A model generated the notes under the pieces. It was not told the DNA's origin, did no database searches, and saw only the letters and a list, made by a program, of their open reading frames with translations. From NCBI GenBank assembly GCA_964016885.1, contig OZ024751.1, forward strand, positions 35,836,001 through 35,900,000: a stretch of DNA of 64,000 bases, read 5' to 3'. Source of the stretch: Eledone cirrhosa. Taxonomy: Eukaryota. The position numbers and the translations under genes were made by a program. Of this stretch, positions 43,482 through 57,460 are shown in pieces (positions within the stretch are counted from its first letter, which is position 1; each line of letters starts with the position of its first letter).

Positions 43482-45525
43482 TTAATATAATAATACAATA
43501 TAATAATAAATTACAAAATAGTGATATAATCAAAGGTTTCTTGATAAATGTCTTTCTTTCAAGCCTAATCATGGAAGACAAAAATCTGTTGGCTGGGTCT
43601 GGTTCTTCATTCTGGCTCTGATATGAATTGCAACCCGATCCGACACAGAAAGACAACCTCTACAGGAAATACGACTACTACATTTAGAATTTATCAATTG
43701 GATTAATGGCTTTAGTCTTGGTTTAGTTTCATGGTCGACTTCACTGACATTCCGCTGGTTGGACTGAGTGAATGATAGTCAGGATTCACAGATACACACA
43801 CACAAACAAACACATACAAACACATATGCACAAACACTCACACATATACACACAGAAACGCACACCCATATACACAAGCACACACATACACAAACACACG
43901 CAAACACGCACAAACACACACGAAGTCACACATATACACACACAGACATGTGTACGAACATTCAAAAGTACACACACAAACACAAACACACATATACACA
44001 CACAAACGCACACCCATATTCACAAGCACACACACACACAGAAACACACACAAACAAGCAGAAACACACACGAAGTCATGCGTATACATATACAGACATG
44101 TGTACACACACATAAGTACACAAACACACACACACACGTATACACGCACTCGCACAAAAGTACACGGACACACACAAAGACCCACACCCACATAGAAAGA
44201 AATTCACAGACACATAGACACATACACGAACACACACATACACATTCACAAAGAATCACACCCACAAACACCAAGAAATAAAAGCACACAGAAACTCGCA
44301 TACACTCTCACACTCACACACATACACATACAAGTAAAGACATACACACACATACTCTCTCTCTCATACACTCACACACACACATACCAAGAACCCTACC
44401 AAACATAGAAACCAATATGGCTACCAGTAAATTAAAAACCTGTGAAATTACTTAATGAAACTCATTCTCTACTTTTACCACCTTTTATGATTTCTATATT
44501 TTCCCTATGTCTGTCTGTCTCTCTCTCTCTCTACCCCCCCTCGCTCTCTCTCTTTCTCTCTCTCACTATCCCTCCCCCTCTCTCTTTTTATCTTTTTCAC
44601 TGTTTGTCTCTCGCTTGATCCATTTTTCTCTCTGTCTCTCTGTATCTTTCACTGCCTGTGTGTGTCTGTCTGTCTGCCTGACTCTCTCTCTCACTTTCTC
44701 TCTCTCTTGATATATTTCTGTCTGTCTTTCTGTCTCTCGCACTATCTCACTCTCTCCGTCGATGCATTTCACTCTCTCTCTCTCTCTCTCTCTCTTGATG
44801 TCTTTCTCTATATATATATATCCCTATTTCAATCACATTTAAATCTTCGATCTTCCCCACACGTCACAGAGTAGTTCCCTCTTTACACTATACCATATCA
44901 CCATATCCTTCTTTCCTCCTATCCCCCACTCTCCCCATCTTCTCCCCCTCCTTGGTACAACTCCACCAGTTCTGCTGCGCTGGTTCTACTGATTTAAATC
45001 TCATGATTCTTGATAAGCAATAATAAGTATTAATCTAGTTATTCTTTGAATTTCTGCAGGGATTACAATCTGTAATCTCTGCTAATCTTCGCCAGACTAC
45101 ATATCGTCACGTTGGATCTAAATACCTTTTCTATAACCCACCTCCCTTTGGCGCCGAACAACCATTACATTCTTCTCTTTGCCATTTTGTTTTCAAAGCT
45201 AGTAATCTCGTTTGCTTACACTTACTCCCCCTCTCTCCCTTCTCAGTTACTAATTCCATCATCACTCACACATTTCCTCTCTCACTCCCACTCCTACTCA
45301 ATCAGTCCTTAGTCACCCATTCTCCATTCAATCACTCCCTCTTCCTCTTAATAATTACTTCCCTTCATCACTCACTCTCCACGCTTTAACTCATCACTTA
45401 CTCCCTCACTCAATCCCTCACTCAGTTCCCTAATCATTCACCCAATCCCTCACTCATTCACTCAGTCACCCCCTTACACACACACACACGCATACACACA
45501 AATATATATATATATATATATATAT

Positions 45526-45660
45526 AACGAAGGAAATGTGGTAAGGAACCAGGTGGACCATAACGCACCAAAGTACTCAATACTTGAGGTAGTAGAGTGG
45601 GTAATAGGAACCAGTAAGACCCCGACAGCTGAGCTCAGCTGTCGGGGTCTTACTGGTTCC

Positions 45661-45663
<3 letters not shown>
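45526..45663 (-). mobile_element. Family A element ending in a perfect 60-bp palindrome
   Basis: ATAGGAACCAGTAAGACCCCGACAGCTGAG|CTCAGCTGTCGGGGTCTTACTGGTTCCTAT (45604-45663), with (TA)n on both sides. Confidence 0.9.
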
Positions 45664-45691
<28 letters not shown>

Positions 45692-46759
45692 TATATACAA
45701 TATATATATATATATATAATATATATATAATATATATATATATACAATATACATATACAATATATATATATATATGTATGTATATATACATACATAAACA
45801 CACACACACACACACACACAAATATATAGGCCATTTTAAACATACGTAAGGGGTTCCTTATTTACAGGCAGCGGTAAACACATAAAATCAGTTTAAATGA
45901 CATCTATGTTTTTGCTGAAATTATTAGTAAAGTATGTTAATATAAAAGTTTTTACTAGAATTTCACCAATGACGTATATTATTTACGTGTTTCAAAATGA
46001 ACGCCCGAGGAAAATGAAGCGAACTTTCTGATTAAATCTTCAGTAAATGGCGTAAAACAATTGAATATAACTCAATTCTACAATTCCCTGTGGAGACTTT
46101 ATCGTTAGTTTCTTGCAGAGTTCTTTGATGAAATAGTAATCTTGTACGATTCCTATTGAAAGTGTATTCCAGTTTACCGTAATGACGGTAGAGCTCTGAC
46201 GGACTTTATAGCGTCAAATGAAGTAATATTGTAGTAGAACGTTTTAATAACACATACATACATGTATATACACATATACATACATACACACACACATATA
46301 TATATACACATATACATTCATACACACACATACATTCATTCACACACATACATATATACGCATACATTCATTCACACACATACATTCACACACACACACA
46401 CATACATGTATATAGACACATACATTCATTCACACAGGCAATCACACACACACATGCATAAGCACACCTACATAGACTGACACACACTCACTCACACATA
46501 TGCACTCACAGAGACTCAAACACACATACGTACATATACACATACAGACACACACAGACTTACACACACACGTACATATACACACAGAAAAACTTACACA
46601 TGTACACAAAGAGACACACACGGATTCACACACACATACGTACATATACACGCAGACACACAAACACACACACACACTTACACATATATACACACAGAGA
46701 CATACACACTCAAACACACACATACACATACAAAGGAACAAAGAACTAAATATTAGATA

Positions 46760-46915
46760 ATAGTTTCTAATTTATTTACAAGACCAACACAATATTGAGG
46801 GAAGAGAAACTCTATTATATCTACCCCAGTATGTGACTGGTACTTTATTCTATCGACCTCAGGAAGATGAATGTCAAAGTTGAGCTCAGCGGGATTTGAA
46901 ATCAGAACATAAACT
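46760..46915 (-). mobile_element. Nin-domain SINE (diverged)
   Basis: CCCCAGTATGTGACTGGTACTTTATTCTATCGACC...GCGGGATTTGAAATCAGAAC. Confidence 0.75.
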
Positions 46916-46939
46916 CTACAAGTCTAAAGTCTGTCACGA

Positions 46940-47060
46940 GACCGGAAGCTCATCATGCCGGTGATTATCCTGGTTTCCGTTGAGTGAAACAACTCAGAGT
47001 ACAAGACTCCCTCCTGGTCAGAACGCCAGTCCATCGCAGGGTTAAATACCCAGTTATAGC
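46940..47060 (-). mobile_element. SINE 3' body fragment (CCAGTCCATCGCAGGG type)
   Basis: Shares CCAGTCCATCG(C/A)AGG with ~29530-29570 and 50365-50425. Confidence 0.55.
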
Positions 47061-47328
47061 TTGACTAGAATAATGGAACATTTAAACTACATTCCTTTAC
47101 CCGATTCCAAACACCAAATTTGTCATTTTTCTTGTTCTTTAGCTGGCTTCAATCATTTGACTGCGGCCACGCTGGGGTACCGCACAGATTCAGGTTTTCA
47201 CAAAAAATAGTGAATGACGGTTACGAAATATTTTCTTTTCACCAGATTTTTTACTCTCTCCCCCTCTCCCCCCTCTCTCGCCCTCCTTCTGTCACTCTCT
47301 ATCTACTTCTTACCTGTCATTATTTGTT

Positions 47329-47540
47329 GGTGGATTGGCAGTATCGGTAGAGGGTTGGACTCCATGCTTTGCAGCATAGAGTTACGGCCCTTTATGATCT
47401 GAGTTCAAATCCTACCGAGGTTAACTTTTCATCCTTACGGGGTCGATAAAATAAAGTACCAATCACGCACTTGGTCGATTTAATCGACTTTCCCCTCCAC
47501 CAAAATTGCTGGCCTTGTGCCTATACAAGAAACCATTATT
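47329..47540 (+). mobile_element. Nin-domain SINE
   Basis: Full head, Nin domain and tail AGAAACCATTATT. Confidence 0.9.
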
Positions 47541-48169
47541 TTTTTGTAACCCCCTCTCTTTCTATCGCTCTCTCTCACCCTGAGTCTGATTTTCTCTCTA
47601 CCTCTCTATCTCTATCATCTCTATCAGGATATCCATGTCTCTTTCCCTCTCTTATTTCTCTCCACGATATATTTTTCTCTTCCAGTCTATATTTTCACGA
47701 TGTTTTCAACCTCTAATACAATAAGAAATTTAACACTTGCCTTACTGCGTAGTCTCAGCAGCCACATTGAGCAACTATCCATCCATACGCAAGAAAGAGA
47801 TATTTAATGATAACAGCTTGCTCATTAAAAACTGTTGGCGTTAAACACACTCGGATTAAAACTCCATTTGGCTTTAAAACTTTAAATCCCACACCCCCGT
47901 TGCTTTTAATTTCCTTGCAGACATTATTGAGTAAATAAGCCTCCCAGCTAACTGTTATAATTAATCCCACAGATTAATTACATTTGGAAACTTAAGAATA
48001 CAACAAAACCTTTCTCTTCCTCCCTCCCCCACACAGGACCATGTCTCACTTCAATATAAAAAGACCAACGTTACCAAGTGAGGGTTGAAAACTAACATAG
48101 AACGGCCATTATTAATACTAATCTCATGAGATAGAACACACACATATACAGTCAGACACACATATACAT

Positions 48170-48231
<62 letters not shown>

Positions 48232-48341
48232 ACACACACTATTACTCACTGACACACATACACATATATACATATACACACGCATATACACTCAGACACA
48301 TATATACATATACACACGCATATACACTCAGACACATACAT

Positions 48342-48390
<49 letters not shown>

Positions 48391-48897
48391 GTCACGCACA
48401 CTATCACTCACTGACATACACAGACACACACACACTTATACATATACACACGCATATATACACAAATACCCACATATATACACACACATACACTCGCATA
48501 CACACCCACTATTATACATATACATACAAACCATATATATATATATATATATATATAACAAAAGGTTGGACATGTTATGGCCTCAAAACTTCACCTTTTA
48601 TTCCAGTGGAATTATTTAGTAATTTGAAATAAATGCCAGAAAATTTCCACTAATTAAAAAATGAAAACAAACCCTAAATATAATTAAAGAAAAAAATATA
48701 CAAAGAAAAAAAAAATTAAAAACAAAAAAAAATATATATAACAAGACGAAAAGAAAAAGTAAAAATAGAAATAAATATAAAAACGAAACGAAACGAAAAG
48801 AAAGAAAAAAAGTAAAAAAATATAATTATAAAAATAACAGCAGACAAAAGACAGCAACAGCAATGAACAGTAATTGTATGTGTAATAATAGAAGGGA

Positions 48898-48937
<40 letters not shown>

Positions 48938-48941
<4 letters not shown>

Positions 48942-49641
48942 ATTAGAACCCTGTAACCATTAAGCTCTAAGTATAAAGTACAAATAAATACTGAGCCGAT
49001 TGTCAATATATAGTAAGAAACACAGTAAACCGTGTGTCTAAAATTACAAGGGTTGAAAAACCACATATGCTTGAAATATTTAACCAAGAAACAGACAGAA
49101 TGACAAAATGAAAATAAAAATATATTATCATAATAATACAAACCGCCTCAATAACCATTATATCTCTCGGACAGATTATCCCTAATCTGTTTCGCCCTGA
49201 GTGTGTTTGTAACAGATAATCCTGGGCTTCATCAGCGAGAGATTGCGATTAAATGCCACAAACACTATTTGCCAACGTTCACACAGAAAGATGAATTCAT
49301 CACCTCGTGCTTCGCCAGTCAAACGTGGTAAGCGCGTATTGAACAGAAATAACAGTCCAACACGCACAACTTAATAGCTCAACTTGTAAGGGAGCAGAAA
49401 TATATATATGAGAATTAGAACCCTGTAACCATTAAGCTCTAAGTATAAAGTACAAATAAATACTGAGCCGATTAACAATAGAGAGATATAATGGTTATTG
49501 AGGCGGTTTGTATTATTATGATAATATATTTTTATTTTCATTTTGTCATTCTGTCTGTTTCTTGGTTAAATATTTCAAGCATATGTGGTTTTTCAACCCT
49601 TGTAATTTTAGACACACGGTTTACTGTGTTTCTTACTATAT

Positions 49642-49645
<4 letters not shown>
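48938..49645. mobile_element. Penelope-like pseudo-LTR structure (direct plus inverted repeats) between (TA)n tracts
   Basis: 64-bp direct repeat at 48938-49001 and 49410-49473; 165-bp inverted repeat at 49004-49168 and 49481-49645; an HHR lies inside. Confidence 0.8.
49162..49243 (-). ncRNA. Type I hammerhead ribozyme, canonical
   Basis: Minus strand: ATCTCTCG-CTGATGA-A-GCCC..GGGC-GAAAC-AGATTA-GGGA-TAATCT-GTC^CGAGAGAT. Confidence 0.92.
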
Positions 49646-49731
<86 letters not shown>

Positions 49732-49779
49732 GGGAGAGAGATAATGGAACAACGGAATTGGAGAAGACATCGGAATAAT

Positions 49780-49990
49780 ATACTAACGGCTTTAATGAAT
49801 ATCAAGGACAACGGTTTAACAGAATAACAGCAACAACAGCTTAACAGAATATCAAGAACAACGGTTTAAAGGAATAACAGAAACAGCAGTTTAATAGAAT
49901 ACCGAGAACAACGGTTTAAATGAGTATCAGGAACAACGGTTTAACAGAATAACAGGAACAACGGTTTAATAGAATCAGAAGAACTACGGA
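49780..49990. repeat. Degenerate minisatellite ACAACGGTTTAACAGAAT
   Basis: Tandem units of about 24-27 bp. Confidence 0.8.
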
Positions 49991-50436
49991 ATAGAATATA
50001 CCAGAAGAGGATAGAACGTGATAGGTGAGGAAAGAGAGTTGACAAACGAGGGAGCTCAGTAGTTGGAAGGAAGGACTAACATCGATATCGACAATCAGTT
50101 TTCTAGTTATTCCATCGACGAAACACAACCCGAAGTTATGTTAAAAGACAAGTTCTTTATGCTTAGTTGGGAACACATTGTCATACAGTCCATGTAAAAT
50201 AAAATATTAGATGGGACCACATTAGTTGACAATACTACACTATACAACTCTATACAGAATTCCATACAAAACAAAGCGAACAATTACGGAGGTTTTAATA
50301 ATATCAGAATCTAATTCTAGTCAAAAATCTCTCTCAAGCCAGAAGCCTCGTTAAGCAGGTGCTTATCCCAGTCCATCGCAGGGTTAAACCCCCAGCTATT
50401 ACTGGTACTAATTTTCAGCTGAGTATATATATATAA

Positions 50437-50542
50437 GTTTATCCCGGGTCCAGCCGGGGGTAACCACAGTAAGTAAAGTACTCAATACAAAGCAGAGTAT
50501 AAATATTTAATATAGAAAGGCTTCTACAGAACTAGAACTGTT
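50437..50542 (-). mobile_element. Family B element truncated within HHR stem III
   Basis: Reverse complement AACAGTTCTAGTTCTGTA^GAAGCC...GTATTGAGTAC...CCCGGGATAAAC-TA. Confidence 0.85.
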
Positions 50543-50675
50543 ACATTACATTTGCTGAAAATTTAAAGTAAGTGAGACTGTCACTACTCTAAAACAATAG
50601 CGTAAGGTCTTCAAAATGCTTTTAATTAAGCATACAGTGTATTGCAAAATACACTGTATATACATTCATATATAT

Positions 50676-50873
50676 AACGAAGGAAGTGAGGTAAGGAACC
50701 AGATGGACAATAACGCACCAGAGTACTCAATACTTTGGGTAGTAGAGTGTGTAATAGGAAAAGAGTAAGAACCCCGACGGCAGAGCTTAAGCTATGTCGA
50801 CAGGTATTTCTGAGTCCAGAAATAGCTGTCGAAACAGCATGAGCTCTGCCGTCAGGGTTCTGACTCTTTTCCT
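50676..50873 (-). mobile_element. Family A element with fold-back
   Basis: AACGAAGGAAGTGAGGTAAGGAACC... followed by inverted arms at 50755-50873 with GAAACAGC..GCCGTC^AGGGTTC. Confidence 0.85.
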
Positions 50874-50942
50874 ATATATATATATATATATATTTATCCT
50901 TATCGAGCCCTCTTTGGATTTTAGTCTTCAAATTTATTATTA

Positions 50943-51002
<60 letters not shown>

Positions 51003-51584
51003 AATAATGGAGCTGCGGTGCTGCAAATGGGTTACATATGAAAAAGTTTGTCCTCACCAGTGGCCTTCCAACCGTCGTAGGCATTTCGTCGCATTAAAGG
51101 CCATATACCTCAGGTTGGTGCGAGCAACGGCTAAAAAAAGTCGTTGGGACACGTAAATAAAGGGGACGCTAGGGTAAACAAACAAAATGGTTTAAGGAAC
51201 AGAAAGTGATGAAATATATATATGTGCGTGTGTGTGTGAGTGTGTATGTATAATAATATATATTCTATATTGTAGTATGGAATATATTCTATGAGTAACA
51301 CACATGATATAACATTTGTGTTGACAAAGACTTGATCCTCGATTAGGTCAAGATGGCTTAGACAAATGATTATTTCTTACAAACACATTTAATGTTAGAA
51401 AAATCGATATCTTATACAATCCCTCTGTTCTACTCCCTCCCTATTGATTGTTGTGTCGTTGTGGAGCTAATCTGTGTTTGTTGTTTGTTTAATTATTAAA
51501 AAATTATCAATTGATTGTAAATATATTAATTAGGTTTCATAATTACCAATATAACGAATACAGAAACATGTCTACATTTTTGAA

Positions 51585-51646
<62 letters not shown>

Positions 51647-51670
51647 CTCTCTCTATCTCTCTCTCTCTCT

Positions 51671-51724
<54 letters not shown>

Positions 51725-51725
<1 letters not shown>

Positions 51726-51811
51726 ACGAAGGAGGTGTGGTAAAGAACCAGATGGACCATAACGCACGAAAGTACGCAATACTTAGGGTAGTAGAGTGGG
51801 TCATACATTTT

Positions 51812-51813
<2 letters not shown>
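51725..51813 (-). mobile_element. Family A element with a collapsed fold-back
   Basis: The minus-strand tail is joined through GGG directly to the plus-arm remnant GGGTCATACATTTTCCTAT. Confidence 0.8.
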
Positions 51814-51873
<60 letters not shown>

Positions 51874-52097
51874 TATGTGTTTATGTATGTGTTGGTATGT
51901 GTTTTAGTGTATGTCCCTCACTCACTCGGTGGCTCTAAACCTTATATATAAATCCAACGACCTCAAGTCGTGCCCCCCAGTATATTACAGGAATGAAGAA
52001 TGGACAGTGAGTCGGCTATTATCTGGAACCTATATATGGTTTGGTGTATTTGTGGATAGTTAGTACAATGCAAGTTAAAAATATACAGACAACTGTA

Positions 52098-52139
<42 letters not shown>

Positions 52140-52304
52140 CCCCTTCACTCCGCAGCGCCGTAGTAGTGACATACAGCGTGCCTTGTCCATTTTAAACCCC
52201 GTGGACTCCATCCCCCTCCATGTCTGAACATAACTGACTTCTTCCAGAGAAGGAGAAAGAGAGCAATAGAAATGAAATGAGAATGAAAGACAAAGGAAGA
52301 TTTG

Positions 52305-52445
52305 ATTTCAGTGCTAGACTGGTACTTTTGTTATCGACCTCGAATAGATAAAAGGTAAGGTTGCCAGCGGTAGGATTCGAACTCAGACAGTGCAGTAAAC
52401 CATAACAAATAACTGCAACGTATTCTATCCGAGGTTCTAACAACT
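52305..52445 (-). mobile_element. Nin-domain SINE (old)
   Basis: ACTGGTACTTTTGTTATCGACC...GGATTCGAACTCAG. Confidence 0.7.
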
Positions 52446-53589
52446 CTCTTGTTTCACCGATTGAAAACAAAGAACAGAATCAGGTAAACCAAAGCAAAAC
52501 AACAGTTTATAATTTTACTTTATATTTCATGATACTCTAAATCTAGATTACAATAGCAATGTCGGTAAATGACAGAAATAGGTTGCTTACATCCTATGAT
52601 TCCTATTATATTACAATCCAATTTTCTCTTCCGATAGTCAATCATTAAGAGCTTGATATGACAATCCGCGTACTTTACTTTTACTTCAATGTCAGATCTT
52701 CCTCTTAGTTAATTCTCTTGTTATTTGACGTTATTTTTTATTGTTGTTTTTCTTGCTGTTATCACTGTTGCTCTTACTGACGCTACTGTTATTCCTGTTA
52801 CTAATATTGTTGTTGGCTTATGGTTATCAATGGATGATGGACACGCTAAACAAGTTGGTCTTTCTACATTTTCGTGACAGTTCTTTTATGTTTTATTAGT
52901 TTTAATTTCGATGTGGAATAAAACTTTACGAAGACAACAGAGATAACCACTTATAACTAACACAGCAACCACACACCAACTAATGTATATATTCTATATA
53001 TTCTGCACGCAAAATACATTTCGATTACGATTAAATAAACATTTATGGTTTCACAGACCGACAGATTTTCCAATCTAGATTACTGCACTTATATATTCCT
53101 TTTTATTATTGTGAACATAATCGATACACATCTCCATGACTTCTTCAATATACACCATCGTTATTCTAAATTGATGTAGACAATATAATATTTCACCTAA
53201 TAACAACAACAACGACAGCAACAAGAGCAGATTACAAGCTCGGCTTTATGGATTACGGTGCGTTATTCGGTGCGTTTGTTTACTCGACAAGGTCAAGGTT
53301 AGTTTCACGCAAAACTTCAAATGTATATTTATTTCTATTAATAGGCAGAAGTATGAATCTCCTTTCTCTGTTATGTACCCCCTTCAAACATACACACACA
53401 CGCAGGCACATACACACACAAATACACACAAACACACATACACACGCAGACACATACAGACACAAACACACACAAGCACACACACACACACACACGCAGA
53501 CACATACACACACAAACACACACACACATACACACAGAAACATACACACACAAACACGCAGACACAAACACACGTAACTCCACATACGG

Positions 53590-53825
53590 GTGTATAGTTG
53601 TTCTGGCCACAAGGACTACGACACTATGAAATGGAAAATGGAACGGGCCCCAGTCGGTTACGACGACGTGTGTTCCAGTTGTTGGATCAACAAAACAGTT
53701 TGCTCGTGAAATTAACGTACATGTGGTTAACCATTTCATTTATGTGTATAATCTTAACGTAACTCTCAGGGAGATTCAGCGTTACTCAGTGTGTGACAAG
53801 GCTGGCCCTTTGAATTACAGGTAAA
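53590..53825. mobile_element. Interspersed repeat (SINE/LINE 3' portion) recalled as abundant in octopus DNA
   Basis: TGCTCGTGAAATTAACGT...CTCAGGGAGATTCAGCG...TGTGACAAGGCTGGCCCTTTGAATTACAGGTA. Recognised from memory, not by search. Confidence 0.5.
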
Positions 53826-53837
53826 ATCCATCAGAGG

Positions 53838-53990
53838 GGCTTCCAAATAGTTTCCTTTAGCCAATTTCTCTCACAAGTCTTGGGTCAACCCAAAGCTATA
53901 GAAAATAACACTTGTCCAAGACGTGACACAGTGAAATCTACCCCAAGACCTAATGATTACGAGACGAACTTACTAACCATTCCACTACGT
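53838..53990 (-). mobile_element. Decayed CORE-domain SINE
   Basis: CCAATTTCTCTCACAAG..TTGGGTCAACCC..GCTATAG...ACACTTGTCCAAG followed by a reverse-complement tRNA-like head. Confidence 0.6.
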
Positions 53991-54592
53991 TGTGTCCACA
54001 AATGTCCACGTAATCTAACACTATATCTTTGTAAGGAAGATTACATATAGACACATCATGTTGAGTTGAATAAGTGAAATCCTCTCTTTATGAACGTATT
54101 AACAACAAAATTATGCTGAACAATCAACGAAGCGTGAACTTATAATTTTAAAAGCCTTCTGTAGAAACTTAAGATTGTGTCATTGCTTTTCAAGTTGATT
54201 CAGTAAATATGAGAAGGTTTCAACATCTAATGTGTTGGCAATAATTAGTAGCTGGATAGAGAGTGTCATATCATCATTTTACAGACAAAATACTTGTTCT
54301 TAGAAGATAAAACAACAACGAAACAAAGACTGGCAGCAAGTACACAATAAATTGGCCTATCTATAAAGTATATAATAACTACTAAATATAACAATGTGAA
54401 GGTTATGTAAAGGAAAACAGCTTGAAGGGGGAAAAATAATGTTTAGATAAGCTGAAGAGGAAAACTAGTGATCTGAGAATATAAAAAATGTTAGATGAAA
54501 CAAAAACATTCGCCAAACAAGCAAATAAAATGGCGAACTAAATCGATAGAGAGATAGGATGTTTAGGCGGCAGGATGAAGAAAAAACAGCAT

Positions 54593-54753
54593 GTGAGAGA
54601 ATGAGATAATGTAGGATAAGAGAGAGAGGGAGGGAGAGGGAGAGAGTGTGAGTGAGAGTGAATGAGAGAATGAGATAATGTAGGATAAGAGAGAGAGAGA
54701 GAGGGAGAGAGAGAGTGTGAGTGAGAGTGAATGAGAGAATGAGATAATGTAGG

Positions 54754-54802
<49 letters not shown>

Positions 54803-54983
54803 TGTGAGTGAGAGTGAATAAGAGAATGAGATAATGTAGGATAAGAGAGAGAGGGAGGGAGAGGGAGAGAGTGTGAGTGAGAGTGAATGAGAGAATGAGA
54901 TAATGTAGGATAAGAGAGAGAGAGAGAGAGGGAGAGAGAGAGAAAGTGTGAGTGAGAGTGAATGAGAGAATGAGATAATGTAG

Positions 54984-55043
<60 letters not shown>

Positions 55044-55385
55044 TGTGAGTGAGAGTGAATGAGAGAATGAGATAATGGAGGATAAGAGAGAGAGAGAGGG
55101 AGAGAGAGAGAACGTGTGAGTGAGAGTGAATGAGAGAATGAGATAATGTAGGATAAGAGAGAGAGAGAGAGGGGTAGAGAGTGAGAGAGAGTGAGAGTGA
55201 ATGAGAGAATGAGATAATGTAGGATAAGAGAGAGAGAGAGGGAGAGAGGGAGAGTGAGTGAGAGTGAATGAGAGAATGAGATAATGGAGGATAAGAGAGA
55301 GAGAGGGAGAGAGAGAGAACGTGTGAGTGAGAGTGAATGAGAGAATGAGATAATGTAGGATAAGAGAGAGAGAGAGAGAGGGAGA
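54593..55385. repeat. Minisatellite with constant ~40-bp core and variable (GA)n spacer
   Basis: About 13 copies of GAGTGAGAGTGAATGAGAGAATGAGATAATGTAGGATAAG. Confidence 0.95.
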
Positions 55386-57181
55386 AAGAGACTACTTGTG
55401 ATGAAGACATAGAAAGAGAATCCGAGAGAGGGAGAGAGAAAGAGAAAGGGTAGAGAAAGAGAGTTGGAAAAGAGAGAGAGATGAGAAGGTGGGGAGGTGA
55501 AAGAGAAAGAGAGAAGTAGAATGAAGAAGAAGGAGGAGGAGAGAGATCAGGTTAAATGTGTGTCCATGTGTGTTTTTTTTATTACTGTTATCAATTGCTC
55601 TTTGCTAGTGTGTGTCTGTATGTTTGTGTGTCTGTATGTATGTGTTGGAATGTGGATGTCTGTATGGATGTGTGAGTGAGTGTGTGTGTGTGTGTGTGTA
55701 AATGTGTGTATGTATATGCGTGTAAATGTGTGTGCGTGCGTGTGGTGTGTGTGTGCTGTGTGTATGAGTGCATGTATAGGTAAGTGTAAATGTATGTGTG
55801 TGTGTGTATGTGTGTGTATGTGTGTGTGTGTGTGTCTATGTGTGTGTATGTGTGTGTGTTTGTGTGTGTTTGTATGTGTGTGTGTATGTGCGTGTGTGTG
55901 TATGTGTGTGTGTATGTGCGTGTGTGTGTATGTGTGTGTGTGTATGTGTGTGTATGTGTGTGTGTTTGTGTGTGTGTGAAATTAAGTGATGTTCAAAGAG
56001 ATAAGACAATAGAAAAACAACAGATGGAAAAAAAAACCAAGATGGAACTGAAAAAACAAACTAAACAACAACAACAAAACAACAACAACAACAATGACAA
56101 GAAAGAAAAGAAGAAAAGAAGAGAAGCCATTGATAGAAACTATTACTGCCGGTGATACTAATCGATGTGGACCGATATTTATAGTTTAGATATCGATGTT
56201 AATAAAGATAGAGAAGGATTTCATGAAGGAATCCATCACTGCAAGGTATTAACTCGTTAATCTAGGAATACTTTCACTTTTATCCGATTAGTTCTAACTC
56301 ATCATAACTTTCATTCTCTCTGTCACTCTTTCTTTCTTTCCCTCCTTCCTTCTGTCTGTCCATCTTTCTTTCTTTCGTACTTTCTTTCCCTCTCTCTTGC
56401 TCCCTCTCTCCCTTCCTTTCTGTTTCTCATTCTTTCTTTCTTTATTTCTTTCTTTCATTCTGTCTTTCTTTCTTTCCTTCTTTCCTCCCCCCTTCCTTTC
56501 TTTCATTCTTTCTTTCTCTCTCTATTTCGTTCTCTTTCTTTTGCTCTTTATATTTTTTCTGATTGTTTCTTTCGTTTTTTTCGTTCTTTCGTACTTTCTT
56601 TCGCCCCCCTCCCTCTCCCCCTCTTTCCATATCTCTCCCTCTCCCGCCCTCTCCCTCCCTCTCCCTCCCTCTCATTACATATGTATTTAGTATACCTCTG
56701 CCACTCTAACGTCATCTATGTCGAGGTTCTTGTCAACCGAGAAACATCTATCAAATTATCTTGAAGACACGATGGTGACAAATATATTTAGGACAAATCT
56801 GTAAAGAAACCAGCAATATATGTGATTAGACATTTCTAGGTAGGTTCTTGTATTATTTCTCATCGATACTGACAAATATATTTAGGAGAGTTCCATAAAA
56901 ATGAGGCAAAGATAGCTCCGCATATTTGGTGATTGTGTGTGAGACACCCTCACCTGGGAACATCCAACTTAGTCCTTTGGAACCCAATTCATGGAGTTGG
57001 AATGTGAGAAAAACCTCAATTTACCTACATGGACAACCTGACCATAGATACTGTCCTGGACTGAGTCCAGCACCTGAAGACGATGATGTTGGACTTTGTC
57101 CCTGCGGCCCGGGTTGAAACCGGCTAAGAAGAAAAAGAAGTTCAGTAAGAAACCATCATTATATGTGAGTATATATATAAG

Positions 57182-57460
57182 GGCGGTGGAGTGGCAGTAT
57201 CGGTAGAGGGCGGACACCATGCTAGGGTGGTGGAGTGGCAGTATCGGTAGAGGGGCGGACACCATGCTAGGGTGGTGGATTGGCAGTATCGGTAGAGGGT
57301 CTGACGCCATGCTTTGCAGCAAAGAGTTACGGCCCTTTGTGGTCTGAGTTCAAATCCTGCCGAGGTTAACTTTGCCTTTCATTCTTACGGGGTCGATATA
57401 ATAAAGTACCAGTAATACACTGGGATAATTGCTGGCCTTGTGCTCAACGTAGAGACAGTT
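57182..57460 (+). mobile_element. Nin-domain SINE with triplicated 5' (A-box) head
   Basis: GGTGGA(G/T)TGGCAGTATCGGTAGAGGG..GAC(A/G)CCATGCT three times, then a normal body. Confidence 0.9.

Noticed and set aside
51066-51120. Minus-strand CCAAC-CTGAGGT...GAAA...GTTGG hammerhead-like motif
   Set aside because: The core is mutated and there is no cleavage triplet. It may be a fossil but cannot be supported.
54593-55385. CRISPR-like constant repeat with variable spacers
   Set aside because: The spacers are only (GA)n length variants, the context is eukaryotic and there are no cas genes.
57070-57130. Possible hammerhead CTGAAGA...GAAACCGG
   Set aside because: There is no NTH triplet and no convincing stem I or II.
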